From a virus (taxonomy: Duplodnaviria > Caudoviricetes): a DNA stretch of 57,071 bases. Shown in pieces: positions 54,373 through 57,071 of this stretch (position 1 is its first letter; every line of letters starts with the position of its first letter). The position numbers were made by a program, and so were the translations under genes. The DNA is taken from IMG/VR virus record IMGVR_UViG_3300021959_007110, positions 1-57,071 of that record. One strand, 5' to 3'. The notes under the pieces were generated by a model. It was given only the letters and a program-made list of their open reading frames with translations. It was not told where the DNA came from and ran no database searches.

Positions 54373-54788
54373 TAGTCGGATTTACTTGTTCTACTTTTGA
54401 TTTACTTCATGCTGGACACGTACAAATGCTCCGTGAAGCAAAAGAACACTGTGATTATCTAATTTGCGGGCTACAAATAGATCCATCTATAGACAGGTCA
54501 GAAAAGAATTCACCTATACAAACAGTCGTTGAACGATATACCCAGTTAAAAGCAGTTAGTTATGTAGATGAGATAATTCCATACGCTACAGAAGAAGATT
54601 TACAAGATATTCTCCAAATGTATCACATTAATGTAAGAATTCTTGGAGACGAATATAGAGAAAAAGACTTCACAGGAAAAGAGATCTGCAAAAGGCGAGA
54701 TATATCACTTTACTTTAACAAACGTGACCATAGATTTAGTTCGAGTGATTTAAGAAAAAGAGTTACAAAGCAATGTTCGAGCACATAA
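54369..54788 (+). CDS. tagD: glycerol-3-phosphate cytidylyltransferase-like protein
   Basis: TFDLLHAGH, YVDEIIPY and RDHRFSSS. Confidence 0.85.
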   Translation: MIVGFTCSTFDLLHAGHVQMLREAKEHCDYLICGLQIDPSIDRSEKNSPIQTVVERYTQLKAVSYVDEIIPYATEEDLQDILQMYHINVRILGDEYREKDFTGKEICKRRDISLYFNKRDHRFSSSDLRKRVTKQCSST

Positions 54789-55261
54789 AGTTTCCTTTTT
54801 TTGGGTTAAAGAAAAAACCTTATTCAGTAGAATTTACGCTGGATAAGATTTTTGTTATCAGAACTGAAGGAAGTCATAAAGAAACTGTTGATGATAAAAA
54901 TTTAGAAGGAGATTACTTTGCAAGACTTTCGCAAATGGATCTTAGGCTAGATTTTGATTGTACTTGTAAAAATATTCAACAACTAGTATATGAAAGACCT
55001 AAATGGGGTATGGATGCATGGGCTAAATCCCATGACATGTCAGACTCTTTATTTTGCAAGGCGATCAAAAGAAAAATCGTCAAGACACATGACAATCTTA
55101 TTTGGTTTAAATCTATATCTTACCCATTTAGTATACCAACAGATCAAAAATTAGATCTTGACGAAGAAATGCACGGTATTCTCATCAGTATCAATAACGA
55201 GTGGTTCATAAAAGAATTCACTCTTGATGAGGAACAAATTGATAGAAAAATAAGGATATAA
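54773..55261 (+). CDS. hypothetical protein
   Basis: ORF track. Confidence 0.7.
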   Translation: MFEHIKFPFFGLKKKPYSVEFTLDKIFVIRTEGSHKETVDDKNLEGDYFARLSQMDLRLDFDCTCKNIQQLVYERPKWGMDAWAKSHDMSDSLFCKAIKRKIVKTHDNLIWFKSISYPFSIPTDQKLDLDEEMHGILISINNEWFIKEFTLDEEQIDRKIRI

Positions 55262-55263
55262 AA

Positions 55264-55701
55264 ATGAAATATTTAGAGAAGATTACACACACAGTTATTT
55301 TAAGCGCATCTATTGGATTTTGCTCATCATTGGCTTTTGCAGACCCTATTAATGGTGATGTAGTAGATCACTATAAAACAGTTATCAATAAAACTCCATA
55401 TACTGTTGAAGTATGTGAAAATGTAGCAGTATCAGGAGATAAAACTGGTGATACTCTTATGGGAGCAATCATTGGCGGTGCTATTGGCAACAATGTTACA
55501 AAAAATGTTGATAATGGAGGGGCTGTCGGTGCTTTGTTAGGAGGAATGTTAGCACACAATAATAGTGATGCTACTGGAGGAACAAAACGAGTGTGTAAGA
55601 TGGAGACTAGATATAACGAGTCTTCTGCACAAATCTATTCCCATTCAGTTATTACGTTTTTCTCAAACGGTAAACAGTATAGTTTAAGATTTAATAAGTG
55701 A
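55264..55701 (+). CDS. exported glycine-zipper 2TM protein
   Basis: Signal peptide, then GAIIGGAIGN...GAVGALLGG flanked by Cys. Confidence 0.85.
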   Translation: MKYLEKITHTVILSASIGFCSSLAFADPINGDVVDHYKTVINKTPYTVEVCENVAVSGDKTGDTLMGAIIGGAIGNNVTKNVDNGGAVGALLGGMLAHNNSDATGGTKRVCKMETRYNESSAQIYSHSVITFFSNGKQYSLRFNK

Positions 55702-55844
55702 AAACTTGTACTAAGTGTGAGAGAGAAATAATTTTCGAACTACCCGATATTGTATGGATAGCTGTTTGTTCTGGTTGTCATAAAAGCATTTATATAATAC
55801 CAGATAATGACTGTAAACAATATAAATATGAGAGACAAGAATGA
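55698..55844 (+). CDS. small zinc-ribbon protein (48 aa)
   Basis: Hand-translated from GTG: KTCTKC...VCSGC. Overlaps both neighbours by 4 nt. Confidence 0.55.
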   Translation: MKTCTKCEREIIFELPDIVWIAVCSGCHKSIYIIPDNDCKQYKYERQE

Positions 55845-56281
55845 AAATACTAATATTTGGATTACCGGGGTCAGGAAAAACTACTCTAGCTAAACCTTTT
55901 GCTGAATTACTTAGTGGGATTCATTTAAACGGAGATGTTATCAGAGAAAAATATAATGATTGGGATTTTAGCAATAAAGGTAGACTTAGGCAAAGCCTAC
56001 GTATGAAACATTTAGCCGATGGAATAGTTATGGCAAATAAAATTGCTATAGTAGACTTTGTTTGTCCCACTCAGGTGACAAGAGACTGGTTTGAGGCTGA
56101 TTATACAGTATGGATGGATACGATTGAAAAAGGGCGCTACGATGACACAAATGCATTATTTGAAAAACCAGACACAGTTAACTATCATGTTGCTGAATGG
56201 TTTGAGGATACGCATGCTCAACTAGCAGATGTTGTCAGTAATTACATGCGCAAACAAGAAAAAAGCAAGGAGAAACTATGA
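55841..56281 (+). CDS. cysC: adenylylsulfate (APS) kinase-like protein
   Basis: GLPGSGKTT, NGD.IR, DFS..GR, DFVCP and FEKP. Confidence 0.75.
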   Translation: MKILIFGLPGSGKTTLAKPFAELLSGIHLNGDVIREKYNDWDFSNKGRLRQSLRMKHLADGIVMANKIAIVDFVCPTQVTRDWFEADYTVWMDTIEKGRYDDTNALFEKPDTVNYHVAEWFEDTHAQLADVVSNYMRKQEKSKEKL

Positions 56282-57071
56282 TTAAAAGACTAATAGCTGC
56301 GAGTGCTTTAGCACTATCTGTAGCAACAACAGCCTACGCAGAACCAGTAAAAGTGGGTTTTGTATATGTCGGACCAATTGGGGACCATGGTTGGACGTAT
56401 AGACATGATATCGGTCGTCAACAAGTAGAAGAAGCATACGGAGACAAAGTAAAAACAACTTATGTTGAAAGTGTGCCAGAAGGTCCTGACGCAGAAAGAG
56501 TTATGCGTTCAATGGTCAAAGACGGAGCAGACATCATTTTTGCAACAAGTTTTGGCTACATGCAATCGATGGCAAAAGTTGCTAAAGAGTTTCCAAACGT
56601 AAAGTTTGAACACGCAACTGGCTACAAGCAAAGTGGTAACATGGCATCATACGGACTGCGTTTGTACCAAGCAAGACATGTACAAGGTATTATTGCAGGT
56701 ATGATGACAAAGACAAACAAAATTTGTTATGTTGCTGCTTTTCCAATCCCAGAAGTCATTCGTGAGATTAACACCTACTATATGGGCGCAAAGAAAATGA
56801 ACCCAGATGTAGAAATCATGATTACTTGGGCAAACACTTGGTATGATCCAGGCAAAGAGTCACAGGCTGCTAAAGTTATGATGGCCGAAGGTTGTGACAT
56901 GGTTGCACAACACACTGATAGTCCTGCTCCATTGCAGGCTGCACAAGCAGAAGGCAAGTTGGGCTTTGGTCAAGCAAGTGACCAGATCAAGTTTGCACCT
57001 AAAGCACAATTGACAGCAACTATTGACAACTGGGGTCCTTACTATGTAAGCAAAGTTGGGCAAGTGATTGA
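56278..57071 (+). CDS. BMP-family ABC transporter substrate-binding protein (purine/nucleoside), runs off the right edge
   Basis: Not in the ORF track; hand-translated MIKRLIAASALALSVATTAYAEPVKVGFVYVGPIGDHGWTYRHDIGR...IIFATSFGY...FEHATGY...FPIPEVIR...WYDPGKE...QHTDS. Confidence 0.92.
   Translation, partial: MIKRLIAASALALSVATTAYAEPVKVGFVYVGPIGDHGWTYRHDIGRQQVEEAYGDKVKTTYVESVPEGPDAERVMRSMVKDGADIIFATSFGYMQSMAKVAKEFPNVKFEHATGYKQSGNMASYGLRLYQARHVQGIIAGMMTKTNKICYVAAFPIPEVIREINTYYMGAKKMNPDVEIMITWANTWYDPGKESQAAKVMMAEGCDMVAQHTDSPAPLQAAQAEGKLGFGQASDQIKFAPKAQLTATIDNWGPYYVSKVGQVI

Noticed and set aside
56860-57063. 67-aa minus-strand ORF
   Set aside because: Antisense shadow of the BMP-family gene.

Overview
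A 57-kb, AT-rich, densely coding segment of a large lytic dsDNA phage. The replication block is T5-like (Demerecviridae-like): PC4-like SSB, D3-like protein, NAD-dependent ligase, D5-like regulator, DnaB-type helicase, primase and family A polymerase. The host is most likely a marine alphaproteobacterium. Positions 1-26.8 kb are almost all on the minus strand. They hold small basic proteins, a three-gene envelope module with Cys repeats, lipase, UvsE, a secreted nuclease, a Pho-box-preceded PiT-like transporter, a class II aaRS catalytic-domain gene abutting an 85-nt long-variable-arm tRNA-Asn, an endolysin, a Rieske-less MsmA-like oxygenase, a metallothionein-like ORF, spanins, 2OG oxygenases, a carbamoyltransferase and sulfotransferases. 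From 26.9 kb genes are on the plus strand: sugar-nucleotide and glycosyltransferase genes, ribosomal protein bS21, a circularly permuted two-piece tmRNA (tag ANDNFAIEDYRIAA) whose intervening segment holds an unannotated 34-codon hydrophobic ORF, an IscA/ErpA-like protein, the replication genes, and a truncated BMP-family solute-binding protein. The best candidates for undescribed biology are the aaRS-like/atypical tRNA-Asn pair, the permuted tmRNA with its IVS-encoded peptide, the Rieske-less oxygenase plus Cys-rich peptide inside the lysis operon, and two divergent SGNH-like genes sharing a palindromic ATGTACAT start. All product calls come from motif recognition by eye; no database searches were run.
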